Below, piece by piece: positions 1 to 12,700 of a stretch of 64,000 bases of DNA. A program made the translations under genes and the position numbers. This stretch comes from Zootoca vivipara (taxonomy: Eukaryota). Each line of letters opens with the position of its first letter. Within the stretch, counting starts at the first letter, position 1. Under the pieces are notes generated by a model. The model searched no databases, was not told the DNA's origin, and worked only from the letters and a program-made list of their open reading frames with translations. The stretch spans positions 80,290,001-80,354,000 of the forward strand of contig NC_083276.1 in assembly GCF_963506605.1 (NCBI RefSeq), given 5' to 3'.

Positions 1-845
1 TACTGCATTGTATGGCTTCTTTTCATTTTGTAACGATTTTGAATGCTGGGTGAGCTGTTTTCTAGAATCTCCACTAAATATGAGCGGGGGGGGGGCGGTG
101 TGCGGGGAGACCCTGATATGGAAAAGAAGATGGATAGACAAGACAGGTGCCATATTTTGGCTGGGTAGTAGCCCTTGTACAACCATAGCTTTATGTATTA
201 CTAAATTAGTTCCAAAACCACTTTATGTACACATATTAAAATGATTTTTAAAAAGCTATCTCTCAGTCATCTCCATTTAAAGGGGAGTGTCTGGTAGCAA
301 ACCAAGGAAAGATTTGAGACCCTTGAGAATGTCTGCCAGTGTGTAATCAGTACACTGAATGAAGATTCGATGCTCAGCATCATTTTAAGTAGCTCCTTTA
401 AAAAATATTTGCTCTGGAAAACATGAACAAAAATCACAGGTTTCATAAAAAGGGATAAGCGTTATGCTGAGCAGAGATAGGGAAATGAAGCCATGATGGA
501 AACAGATGAAACTCAAACACTTTGAAAGGGGATTGTGCCTTTCACGTGAAATTGAATATTACAGGCAAGGATGCAGGGAAATATAATAGTATATAAGGGA
601 TTTCTGTCTATGGCAGGAAAAGGTTCAGTTACAAGAATATTGTCCTGATTGCTAGTGGTATTCAGTGAAATGCTTCTAGGAATCATCTGCTTGCACAGAT
701 GGTGTGTGTTTCACCTTCCTGAAGGTTTGTCATAAAAGGGCATTTGCCTGTGACTGGCGGATGAGGTGGTAGTACTTTCAGAATGCAGCTTGAGTGGTGA
801 ACAGTCTGTGGGAGGGGCTTAATGCTGAGTGGGTGGGTTTACCTG

Positions 846-858
846 GTTGCTAGGTGAT
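846..858 (+). promoter_or_regulatory. RFX X-box-like motif upstream of fascin-like gene
   Basis: GTTGCTAGGTGAT (reverse complement ATCACCTAGCAAC) has one perfect TAGCAAC half-site and lies about 95 bp before the ATG. Confidence 0.4.
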
Positions 859-951
859 GATTGTGATCTAAGGGACCAGGATTAATCTCAAATGAGTCCA
901 GATAAGTGATCTGATGAATGGGTACCATTCAAGTCTCTTGTTATTCTCACC

Positions 952-3900
952 ATGACATACTCATTAGAATTTGGCCTTGTTAATGCGGCCAACCGGTACC
1001 TGACTGCTGAACCTTTCCGTTTCCAGGTGGCAGCCACAGGCAAGCAACTGAAGCCTCGCCAGTTGTGGATACTGCAGTTTGTGAGCCCACAGGGAGCTGG
1101 GGCAGCTGGCCCAGGAGAAGGAGCTGGCCAAAAGCTTCACCTGATCAGTGCACTGAAACGCTACTTGGCGGCTGACGCAAATGGAAAAGTCACCTGTGAC
1201 CAGGACAAACCAGGGCCTCAGACCTTCTTTCTCTTGCATCAGTATCCAGATGGCAAGGTGCTCTCTCTCACCCAGGCACAAGCATCCTATCTCTCAAGTG
1301 TAGCTTTATGTCCGATATTATTGGGCTGGAATTCTGGACAAAGAGGGCTAGGCAGAAATGAGGGCAGGTTTGAGCTCAACTTGCAGACTAGTTTGCTGTG
1401 GTGAGAAGCAGTGTCTTTTCTTAGTGTGCAAGTTTTTAGATTCTTGCGGGTAAGTCCAGGCAGCAAATTCCTGCACTCCAGTGCTGTAAAGTACATCAGG
1501 AAGAGTGCAAAATGTCCCTGGACACCCCCCCCCCCATGGTCTCCTTGGGAAGCCAGTCACGTGAGCCAAAGCTCTTTGCCCCTGTTGGCCAAACAGTATG
1601 ATAGTCAGCCACTATGGGCTGAAGGGGAGAAAATGTGTCTGAATAGCTTATTTGAGTCCCTGTGCTAAGAGTTGCCTGGTGTATCCTTCAAGGTGCCCTA
1701 GCCACTTCCCACCCACAACTGGAAACAACTGTAGCACAATGGAACTTGGGTGATCATGGCAACTCCATAAGCCCAAAGGTGTAACGTAATTGGTGTAATG
1801 ATACCTGAGTTTTTTCTGCCATGTTCTTTGCTCTCACTGAGAGTGTTCCTGCTTTTCTGGTCTTGGGCAATGTAGCTGACCAGACATCCTTCCCTCCCTG
1901 CAGGTGTCCTTGCAAAATGAACAGTCCAAGCGCTACCTGGGTGGAGCAGAGGAGAATGTCACTTGCTTTGCCCAAGCTGCCAGCGAAACCGAAAAGTGGA
2001 CCCTCCACCTGGCTGTGCACCCCAATGTTGCCATGTACAGCCCCAACAGGAAGCGTTATGTGCGGTGTGATGATAAAACTGGGGTGCTGCGCTGTGACCG
2101 TGAAATGCCCTGGGGGGCTGAATCAGTCATCACTATCTACTATGATTTCAGAGGTGGGTGGTGGCATTTTCCTATTTTGTTTTCAATTGATATGTGAATT
2201 TTTCTCTCTAATACTGTAACATCTTCCCCCCCCCTTTGTTGGGGGGGCGTGTTAAAGAAGCAAAACAAGCTTTCATTCTGCTGTAGGGTTACACACACAC
2301 ACAGTAATTCCTATTGCAGATGAGGACTTATAGCTACCATACTAACAAGAAAGTTGCTTCCTCTAAACTAAGGATTGTTTAAAGTTTTCTGTTATCCTCT
2401 CCAACTATGGAGCAGATACCTGGGGTAAGTCTGAACACCTGGAAAGGCTTGAGAAATTTGAGAGATGGAGAAAGTCTGTACCTGTCACAGGCTTTCTCCC
2501 ACAGTGAGAAAGTTGCTGCTTTATTCTACAGATATTTGCTTGTGATTTTTACCTGTACATGAGGATTTCTAAGTGCTACAGATAGAACAGGTGGGTGGGG
2601 TGGCCTGGGAAGGTAAAAGTGTTTCTAAGTGGGAGGTCTTAATTCAAAAAGTTTGAGTGACACTGCCTTATTTACACATCTCTATCCAAAAACCACCCAA
2701 GCACCTTCTAAGATAGTCCTCTGTTGTTGATGTGTGGAAAAAGTTCAGTTTGAGTCATTTGCATCTCCTCCAATAGGTCTGGAGTCCAATGGTGAGAGAA
2801 GGCAATTTTCCCCATACATACCAGGTGAATTCAAATTCTGTTTACCCAAGAAGTCACTGTTGCTGGCAGGAATTTTGATTTCCTTAACATCATTAATTAG
2901 CTTGGGTAATTCTTAGAACTACTAATTGCCATATGTAAGACTTTCTGGTAAGTTAGACCCCACTGCACACTTTCCAAATAAAGCAAGAAAGGGAATTGTC
3001 TGTGCAGAGAAGTTTCCAAGTTTTCCTCTTTCCTGACCGTATTGATGTTTGAGGTTCCCCACTCTCCCACACAAACTTTAAAGTGAAATTGCACACTAGG
3101 CTAAAGAATCTAATACAACCAGTTTTTAAAACACGCATGTAGTGTGGATAAAGGTGCAGATGGGAACATGACTTCAATCCCAATCTCAGCTTGCATGTGC
3201 CCATGGCACATCTCACTATACCTGGGTTGGGGCCATGGCCTCTAGCTTTATCAAGCACACACGTAAACCCCCGAAGTAACTATGCAAGAAAAATAGGATG
3301 TAATCTACAAGGAAACAAATGCAGTGTCAGCACCACCAATGCTTTACAAAGCTGAGACCCAATGAACCTCAACTTGCCTATCAGAACAAAGCACAGGGGG
3401 GCTGTTTACACAAATGTACAAATGATATATGAGATTCTAGGCAAGGGTAATACAATGGGAAATGTTAAGGGCGAACAGGACTAGAGTGCTTTAAAGGGTT
3501 GGTGTTTAGAACTGCAGGCAGGGTGGGTCTGTGTGGCAATTCTGCAGTGAAACAAGCATCAGCCCTGATGCTACTTTGTAAGACAGTTGATTTGGAGATT
3601 GTTTTCCGGGTCTGAACATTAAGCTGCTGTCAACCTATCATCTCTCTCGCCTTTGTCTCCAGCAAAGAAGTATGGATTGAGGAATGGGGCTGGCAAACTG
3701 TTGGCTTCCAATGGCTCACTGGTGCCAGATGTCACCCCACAAACTTTGTACTCCCTGGAGGTGCATGGCGGCTTGGTCGCTCTGCGGGATGAGGAGGGAA
3801 AGTACTTGACTGGACGAGAGGGTAGCATGAGAACTGTAAAGATGGACAAACCTGGACGGGAGGAACTCTTCAGCATGGAATCCAGCCCTGCCCAGGTCTC

Positions 3901-6900
3901 AATGCGCTCTACTTCTACTAACAAGTTCATTTGCTGCAGGCCAGGTAAGTCAGGAGAAAACAGCACTATCTATATTGCATTGCACTTTGTGAAGCCTCTG
4001 CAGCTGACTGGCTGTTCTGGTCTGATGAGGTGGAATGTTTTTGACCATTCCACCTGCTCAGAAAATGAGGCACAGTGCTGGTCCACATTCTGCGAGCAAT
4101 GGGACAATTGCCAGTTTGGCTGGATAAAACTGAGATAAGACTGACTTGGGAGGCAGGGTGAAGGCTGGGAGGAGTTCTTAGAAGGTAGGTAAGCTTAGAT
4201 GCAGGGACCTCAGAGGCAAGATGGCTGAAGAGAGGGTGCAGAAGTAAGAAGCAGGAAAAGGGCACATACAATTGAAGTAGCAAGGATCCAGTAAGATTAC
4301 GGTCCCTGAAAAAACCCCACAGCATTTCTTATTAAAAGTGGTGTGACAAAAGTGATAGGGAGGCTAACCAGAATACAAGATGGCCAATCGAAATGGGGTT
4401 AAGTAGGCTGTGAGCTGAAAAAGCAAAAACCTGAGGAAATGAATGGTGTAGCTATAGAACTGAGGCAAGAAGACTGGAAGAAAACCACACAAAGTGCTTT
4501 GACTAGAGAAACCCAGGATGGAATTCAATGTCACTTTAAGGCGATTGTTCTGCTTCCCAGATGAACTGATTTCACCTTTCCCGCACTGTTTGGGGGTTGT
4601 CTTGAACCTGCAGAGCAGATTTGGGGGACCATGGGAGAAGCCATGTAGCCAGAGATCTTCCATAGGGCTCCACTGGTGAGACAGGTTATTTGAATCTACA
4701 CTCTGCACTCCTTGGAAGAAATGAAGTACAGCAAGCCAGCAACTTATGGCACATTTAACTTGTGCACAATTAATCCAGATCTGAAAGAGGATTTGAATTT
4801 AGGCTTGCATGTGACGTTTTGTGCTCTTAAACCAGCCTGCCTCCAAAGATAAAGATAGGAAGGTCCAAATGATCCTAGGTCAGTTACACAGGCGTTTCCC
4901 TCTTTCAATCCATGAAGCACTGATTTCAGCCTGCAAGGAATGCAGAGTGGCATAATGCTAACCTAGGGTGTTTCTTCCCTGCTCCCTGCAGGTGCCGATC
5001 TCTATGCCAATGCTGTGGCTGTTGGCAACACAGAGATCTTCCAGGTGCTGTTTGATGACACCACAAAGAAGGTCTGCTTCCGTAGCCACAGCGGCGCATA
5101 TATGTCCTTGGTGAGTGTGCCTGCCATTTATGAGGAACAGCAGTGATCAGGCAGGACCAGCTATTTCAATTTGTTTCCTAACCATGGAGAAGGACTGTAG
5201 CTCATAGGTGGTAAAGCACCTGCTTTGCATGCAGAAAGCCCCAAGCTTTTTTCAGCCACAGCCACTCATTTTAGTCTTGTCCCCAACCTCCTTCCGACTA
5301 TATTCTACAATGGGCAACACTGAGACTAAGAAGGAAGGAAGCTGACAGGCAGCCCCACCCCACGACTGGTTGCAAGTGAGAATGTGGGGACTGATCAAGG
5401 GCAGAGTGAGGATGGTGGGGCAGGGCCTCCACTGGATACATCTGTGCCCAGATTGTGGTGCACCAACTTAATCTGGAGTTCTTTTAAATGTGAGCAAGAA
5501 GGTAGGTGAGCTGCATCCTCGACACTTGGCTGTGAGCATGTACAAAAATTATGGCCTGGTTCAAAAAACAAAATGACTTAAGCTTGAAACTTGATGTAGT
5601 AGAGGCTTTGCCACCTCTAGTATTCACCTAACTCTCCCCAGATGAAGAAGATATATCTGCACTGTGTGTGTATTAATACAGAAAGGCAGGCTGCAAATCC
5701 AGAGGATCATAATATAAAAAGCAGGGAACTGACAAAAGGAGGCTTGTTAAACAGCAGTAGATAGCTCTTGGTCCTGGACTTGTTTGTTAATAACTTGTTT
5801 GTAAGGGCTGTCTCAATACTTTTCCAAAACATTTTTGTCAACTTTAGTGTGGGCGAGTTACTCTATTCTACCAAGCAAAGCATGGCATTATACACAATCC
5901 TCCTTGTGGAAAAAATGTTTTTTTGTACACTGAGGATGGAGAACCCGAGGCTCTCGAGTTGTTGTACTCAAATTCCTATTGTCCTTGATAATTGGCTGGC
6001 AGTTATTACTCCAACATCCTGAGGGCTTCACGTTTTTATTCCCTGCCACAGATGAAATATGTAAGAGTGCAGTAGGAATGCACAACTTCCTGAACAACCT
6101 CTTCAGAAAAAGCTAACTGCTTAAGCCTGGAGGGCTGGAGACATCTTTTTCAGGTCTGCTATTCACTTACCTGGGAGTAAAAACTTGTTGAACTAAATAA
6201 AACTTATAAGTAGAGTTGAAGGTGGTCTTCTGGCTGCATTGTTGTTCATGGTGTGCACATACACTATCTGCTATGGACCCTGGTCAGAAATTTTGCAGAT
6301 TTTTGTTGTGCTTCAAAACCTACATTGTCTACATCTAACATCCATCTAGAAATCTTATAGTTTGGCTTCAGTCTGGGCTATGGTTCACATAGTGCAACTT
6401 GAAGTGTGAAGTCAACAAGAAAGTGGCTTTGAAAGATGGCTCCTGCCATCCCTATCTTGCTGATGCTAGAAACCCTCCCCTTTTGGAGGTAACTACTGCT
6501 GGACTAACCTCCCTGGTATTGAGATGCTCATGCATTGCTGTACTCTTGCATCACCCACCACAAAGGGATTCTCAGTCTTTATGCAGCACCAAATACCTTC
6601 CACTGAAAATATATCAACATGGATCTCAGAACGTAGCTGATAAAGGGACTGCAGCAGGAGGTTTCTATCAGACAAAGTAAGCCAAAAGCACAAAAAGCAC
6701 TTTCCAACTAATGCATCCTGTCTTTTGCAGGGTCCTAATGACTGTATTAACAGCAACACCAAACAGGACAGGAATGTCTGGTTCGACATCCAGTACCAAG
6801 ACCAAAAGGTGTGTCTCCGCATAGCAGACAAGCACGTGTCCATGCGGCCCAATGGACAGCTCCTGGCAATTCCCAAAGCTGCAGGTACAAGTCGGTAGAG

Positions 6901-8754
6901 AGCTTCTCTTACAAGCACCAGGGCATCAGTGTGGACAGGTGAACACAGCTAGGGTGGGAAGAGAGACTGCACACTGCCAGCTACAAATTAGCTATAGGTA
7001 GTTCTAGGGAAAAGGAATGGAAGCGACAGCCTTCCACTTAAGTCCCTAGATAGCCCTCTAGGAATAATGTGGGGAAAGTGTATGCACAGAAACCAAGCTG
7101 TCCCTGGATATAAAATTGGAACATGGGGAGCCAACCTTAAGTCCATCCTGTGAAATGGCTTTTTAGACACCTCAAGGGCTTCTTGTTGGAAAGCAGCAAC
7201 CAAAACTTGCATAATCTTGCTCTTGCAGGATGGAATGAGTGCTATTTACACTCCTTTTCTTACGCTTTGGAGTAGTAAGAAATCACTACAAATACAGCCT
7301 AGATGAAAGAGAAAAAAACACGCTAAGGCTCACTAAAACACTGCCCCTCTGTGCATATAATCCTGGCCCCCAGAACTGCATACCAAGTAGGTTGACATTG
7401 CTTCTGTAATATGATCTGGGAAGCAGTCAGAGAACGAGTTCCAGTTTGGGGGGGAGCCACCACCAGAAACAGCTATGCAGTTGTCCCTAGTGGTTACTTG
7501 GATGAACTTTGGAGCAAATGCCCCTGACAGTAGAAATCAGGATAAAACCCAAGGCAAGAAACAGTTTCACAGTATCTGAAGTCCAAGCCATTAAAGGCTT
7601 TCTGTGCCATAAGCAGCACCTTGAATCAAGTACGAAAGACTAGAGGGAGACATTGTGAATTCTGGGCCCCTGTTACAACACTCAGCCTGGCTTCTCAGTG
7701 TGGGGTGATTTCTCCTGATCTTTAGCACTGAAGTTGACTTTCCCATGGGAAATGTTTGCCTCTTGAGAGCAAAAGGAAGGGTGGCAAAATAGTTGTCCTG
7801 GAAAGCCAGGTGTGGCCAATGCTAAAGGTTTCCCTTGTAACTTCAGGGAAGTGTGAAGATTTCCTGCTGGTGCTGGTGAACCGGCCACTGCTCGTCCTGC
7901 ACAGTGATGCTGGCTACGTGGGTCTGAGTTCTGACACGAAGTTGGAAGGGAACTGTGTCAGCTATGTTGCCAGCAGCCTGTCACTCACCGAGGAAGGCTA
8001 CTACAACTTCCAAGTTGGTTAGTATGTTTCCAGGTGGGAAGAATTATATTCCAAGGGGTTGGGGTTTCCTAGTATCTGTTGTGAGAGAAACATGACCTAC
8101 TCACAAATGGGAGCTGCCATCAAAGGATTTTTATAAAAAACAAGCTTAGTTTATACAATAGCCATAAGAGGGAGCCAAAACTTGCTTTCCCAAACCAAAA
8201 CAATGCAAGAGTGCATCATCACTATTTCCCAGTTAATCCCACCCCCCTTTGCCATTTGTTTTGCTCCATGACCCCTGGACAATAGTTTTCTAGGCCCAAT
8301 TAAGGATAAACCACTGTTCAGGTGGGATGGCCATCTGTCATGGTTGATTTAGCTGTGATTCCTGTATTGCAGGGGGCTGGACTAGATGACCCTTGGGTCC
8401 CTTCCAACTCTATGATTCTAAGTGTCGGTCATGTTTTCCCTTTATACATGGTTTCTTTCTAAACCATACCTAGTGGTATTGCCATGACGAGCACATCCTA
8501 ATTACCTGTGATTCTTTTACCTTCCTTCCACTAATTCTGCCACTTGACCTGCAGGCAGCAAGTACTGGGCTCTGGATAAAGATGGACAAATCTTGGCAAG
8601 CAGTGACCGTCCCAGCAATTTCACCATCCAGTTTGCATCCTCCAGCTGCCTGATCATCAAAGCACCCAACAACAAGTTTCTTATGGCTGAGCAAGGAGGC
8701 CGACTGTGGGCAGGGGCTTCAGAAGCATCTGGAGCAACACTGTTCCATTTCTGA
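952..8754 (+). CDS. Divergent fascin-family actin-bundling protein (four beta-trefoil repeats), 7 coding exons, 493 aa
   Basis: Exons 952-1257, 1904-2153, 3663-3944, 4992-5110, 6731-6884, 7847-8017 and 8555-8754 are all GT-AG with compatible phases. They total 1482 nt (493 aa + TGA), and the ATG context is caccATG. Fascin motifs run throughout: FGLVNAANRYLTAEPF, KWTLHLAVHPNV, PWGAESVITI, PGREELFSMESSPAQV, GADLYAN, NGQLLA, LVNRPLLVL, KYWAL. It is too divergent to assign to FSCN1/2/3 by eye, and the exon 1 donor (AAG/gtgctc) is weak. Confidence 0.88.
5186..5245 (+). mobile_element. tRNA-derived SINE head fragment
   Basis: ggactgtagctcataggtggtaaagcacctgctttgcatgcagaaagcccca resembles an A-box plus anticodon arm but has no complete T-arm or acceptor stem. 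Confidence 0.5.
8320..8420 (+). mobile_element. CR1 LINE 3' fragment
   Basis: ...ggactagatgacccttgggtcccttccaactctatgattcta is a typical CR1 3' terminus. Confidence 0.75.
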
Positions 8755-8780
8755 GAGCATCTGACCCTGCTCTTCCCACC

Positions 8781-8786
8781 AATAAA
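8781..8786 (+). terminator. polyadenylation signal of fascin-like gene
   Basis: AATAAA lies 26 nt after the TGA and is followed by U/GU-rich sequence. Confidence 0.65.
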
Positions 8787-9166
8787 CTTTTTCTGTCTGG
8801 GCTTACTTTATGCTTATCTCAACTGATGCCCAATTGGCCCCTCTTGGAAATGACCCTTCCTCCGTAAATCCTCCCTCACACAGGGCATACTTGAACTCTA
8901 AATGAAAGCTCTGCTTCCTACAGCAGACCCAAGCCAGGACCCTTTCATGTGAATGTCCTTATGCAAAAACTTTCTGTGCCCATGAGCTCCCTTCTGAACC
9001 GCCTTCATGCAGTTAGGATGATTTGCAAAGCCTCAGTTATCTTAAAGATGTATACCTCTCTTCAGTCCAAGAGGGGTCCCCCATGCTTCTAGGAGCACTG
9101 CTGTTCTCCCAGTGTACCAATGTTTGTCTGAAGCTCCACATAGCTGCAGTAGTTTAAAAATAAATA

Positions 9167-9172
9167 TTTATT
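9167..9172 (-). terminator. probable polyadenylation signal of TMEM216
   Basis: AATAAA on the minus strand (tttatt on plus) about 600 nt downstream of the TMEM216 stop. Confidence 0.5.
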
Positions 9173-9776
9173 CCAAGGATGCAGTAGAAAACCAAGTATC
9201 ACAAACTCAATACACACCAATAACAACACTGATTTGGGGGGAAGGGGCACAAGGCCTGCTGCCTTTATCCCTACCCCCATTCAGGAAGAGGGCACAGGAG
9301 GTAACACAACAGTTAGGGAGGATGAGCAAGACTGCATCCTGAGTCACTGCACACATGCTAGAGTCTTGAGTTGTTAGAATGTACCACGCTGGGGAATTCA
9401 AAGGACACACCAGCTGCAGGCAAAGTCTGATTATTAGGTGGCATTCACTGGCCCATAGTCTTTTGACTTGTGAGAGTCAATTACCCAAGGTACAAAGTTG
9501 GAATGGATCAATTGGCGCCCTCCAGGAGGATTGCAAGCTTAGTTAGGGTGTGTGGGTCTGTCATCTCATGAAAACTCTTTCCAGACACTGTAGACCCTGC
9601 TAATGGTGCTCTACCTGAATGAGCTTGAAATGAGAAGCTGAGACGCCTTCTTTCAGCTTACTGGGGGAATTGGACCCACACCTCATCCTGTCCCGGCCAC
9701 AGAAATGGAGGGTTCATGCAGCCTCTCTCCAATCTGAAGAGCACATGGTTCCATACATTGCAGCCCACAAAGGTTC

Positions 9777-12700
9777 TCAGTAAGAGTCCAAACTGCAGAA
9801 AATAGAGAGCGAAAAGTGAGGATCTTGGCAACAGCGACAGCGAATACCTCTGCCTACTTACAGTGGAACAAACTGAACACCTATTCCAAGGATGGGGAAC
9901 CTGCAGCCCTCCAGATGTTGGAATCCAACTCCCACCATGGCCAATAGTGATGATGGAAGTTGTTGTCTAGCAACATCTGGGGAGCCCATGGGTACTTTAT
10001 CCCTGTTCTATTCCATTGATTCCCCTGTTTGAAGAAACAAGCCAACCGACATAAATATATGTCACCTGTGCAATTTAGCATTACATCGTTGAGCCTGACT
10101 CAATTAGAAAAAGAATGTCAAACTTGTATGCTCTCCCACAACAGCCAAGGGGGACTTCAGCAGGATTTTATGTTTTCTATTTAATTCTACTTTTAAAGAA
10201 TCCTAGCTTAGCATTATGTCTGAACCAGGAATCCTAGTTTAAAACTCTTGTAAGTACCATAATAAATCAACTTCAAACAATGGGTTATGAAGTTGGCTTC
10301 ATAACCAACAGTATACCAATTTCCAGAGAGTATAACAGAAAGGTTTGCATTCAACACAGTGCTAAGAAGAAAGATTTCTACTTGTGCAATCGAACATTTC
10401 CCCCACCGCATGCCCCTTAAATCTGCTCTGGGAATGGCATGGGGCACAGAAGTCCCAGTGTACTAATACTAGTCCTTGCACTAGTGTGGATATTTGGTTG
10501 AATATTGTCCAGTCTTTGGGGGACATTAAAGGCTAAACGAACACATTTATTACAGCTTAAGCTAGTCCATGAAAAATGTATGCCATAACTAATTTGTTAC
10601 TTTTTAATGTGCCACAGGACTTTTGTTGTTTTAAACCAGGATCCTTGGTTCCAACATGATGCTAAATGGGGGTTGTTTAAAAGTGAAAGTAAATCCTCCC
10701 AAGTCCTCCTCCCAGCTATAAAGGAAGAGGGTATGGGGACTCGCACACGAGCCTGAAACTTCATTTACTAAATCCAACATTACATGTATATACAGTGTCT
10801 TAAAAAATAAAATCTAATCAATGCACATAAAAAAATATTTCCCTAAAATGCCATAATGGTAAGCAAGTAAAGTACCTGGAGAAGGCAGCCAGAGTGAGAA
10901 CACCCAGTAACAGCTCCACAGCATAGAAGAGGAGGAGGATAGCATTAAGGATGGCCTCCAGCCGCAGAGCATAAGTCTGCAGCAGCAGATAGTAGGCTGC
11001 CATCACCGCTGCTGGGAAGGTTAAAGCCAGACTGATAGCAAGTGGCACTTTCCGTTGACAGAGGTTCCCTTTTGAGCCTGCCATACACAGACAATATGAG
11101 AAAGAAAATGCATAGACCTGTTCAGCATAAAAGCCACAATATTTGGAATCTGAGGGCACGAAATGAATAGTTCTACTTTTCAGAGATCAGTTCTCATTTA
11201 ACTCACTTAACTAAACAAAAAAATAAAAAAATTGTCCAGTAGCACCTTAGAGACCAACGAATGTGCATGCACACTTCTTCAGATACACTGAAACAGAAGT
11301 CACCAGACCCTTACATATAGTGGGAGGGTGGGGTAGGGTATTTCTCGGAAGGGCAGTAGGAGATGGGTGATTGACGCAATGGGTATGGTAGAACTGTTGA
11401 CTGTGAACAATTATATATTTAAAATAAAAACAATTTTTTTTATTTCGACTGCGTCAGACCAACACGGCTACCTACCTGAATCTAGAATCATTTAACTGAG
11501 AATAAGGAATGAGATTTTGCATTTAACATTTGTACTGTAGTTCCTAAGCTAGGCTCAGGTCAGGAAGGACAGCAAGACTGGATGAATGGGATCTCATATT
11601 TCCACCCACATAATCTTGTCTTGCCTCCTACCTACTCCCGAATTACGAAATGTAACACAGAGCCCCTTTTTCAGCCTTTGGGCATCATTTCAATGGAGGC
11701 ACCTATTCCAGTTCAGCAGAATAATTAGGAAGGCTTGGAATGACGGAGTGAAGGCACTGTCAGCAATTTACACTCTGCTCAACTACTCTACTCTCAAATA
11801 CCTTTGTTGTTGGAGAAGCAGAATTTATTGATGAACCACATTAATAATAATAATAATTATTATTATTATTATTATTCATATCCTGCCCATCTGGCTGGGT
11901 TTCCCCAGGAATCATCTTTTCAGGTCAAGTGCCATCAAAGATGCTCACAAAATGGCAGGTTAGTGCACTACTCGTGGGAACATTTTTATTGAATACTTAC
12001 CAAAAAATATCCGGGTTACTTCAATCCCAAGATAGAGAAAAAGCATTATCAGGTCCAAAGCCAAATTGGCAGAGGGGTAGGGCAACAGGAGTCCTAAGCA
12101 GGTACACAAATGGACATATGCATTAAGCGAACAGCAAAGGCAGATGCTTCTTTCCATTTAATGAATTCCTTAATAAAAGATGAGTGTCTGATGTTGGTTA
12201 ACATATAATGTAGCAGCTAGAATGACAACAAACACTGGGACATGGATGGTTCTGAAAAACGCTGTGAACTCTCAAGCAGCTAGGTGAGGAATAAATAATT
12301 ACCCTATCCACTGTGTTCTTTCACTTTCTTCAGGTGAGTGCTACAAGGTAAATGCAAAAAAAAATATCCTTCTGCAGGCAACCCAAACACATCATCCCTT
12401 CAAAGACTCACCTTTATAGACAAATATGAAAATCTCCAGCAGAAAATATGTTGCGTAATACCAGCCATTCAGGAACAGGAGAATCTCCAGAGGGGTGGAG
12501 GAGAGTTGGCGATCTAGGAGGTGAAACCAGAACATAATTATCTATGGGGTGCACATTTTGTGTTCCACTCTCACCTTCTCTCAAACTTTCTTGAGAGTTT
12601 ATGTACACTTCCTATTGTCCCACTGCCTTCCCCTTGCTTTAGAGCTGAATCAGAGCCAATGGCAATTCTGGTTTTCCCAGGACTGCCATTTGTTCCAATC

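Noticed and set aside
5186-5245. tRNA-like sequence (also 54560-54633)
   Set aside because: These are SINE heads with no complete cloverleaf.
952-8754. Labelling the fascin-like gene as FSCN1, FSCN2, FSCN3 or a pseudogene
   Set aside because: Divergence and synteny do not support a specific symbol without phylogeny. The intact spliced frame and introns argue against a pseudogene or retrocopy.
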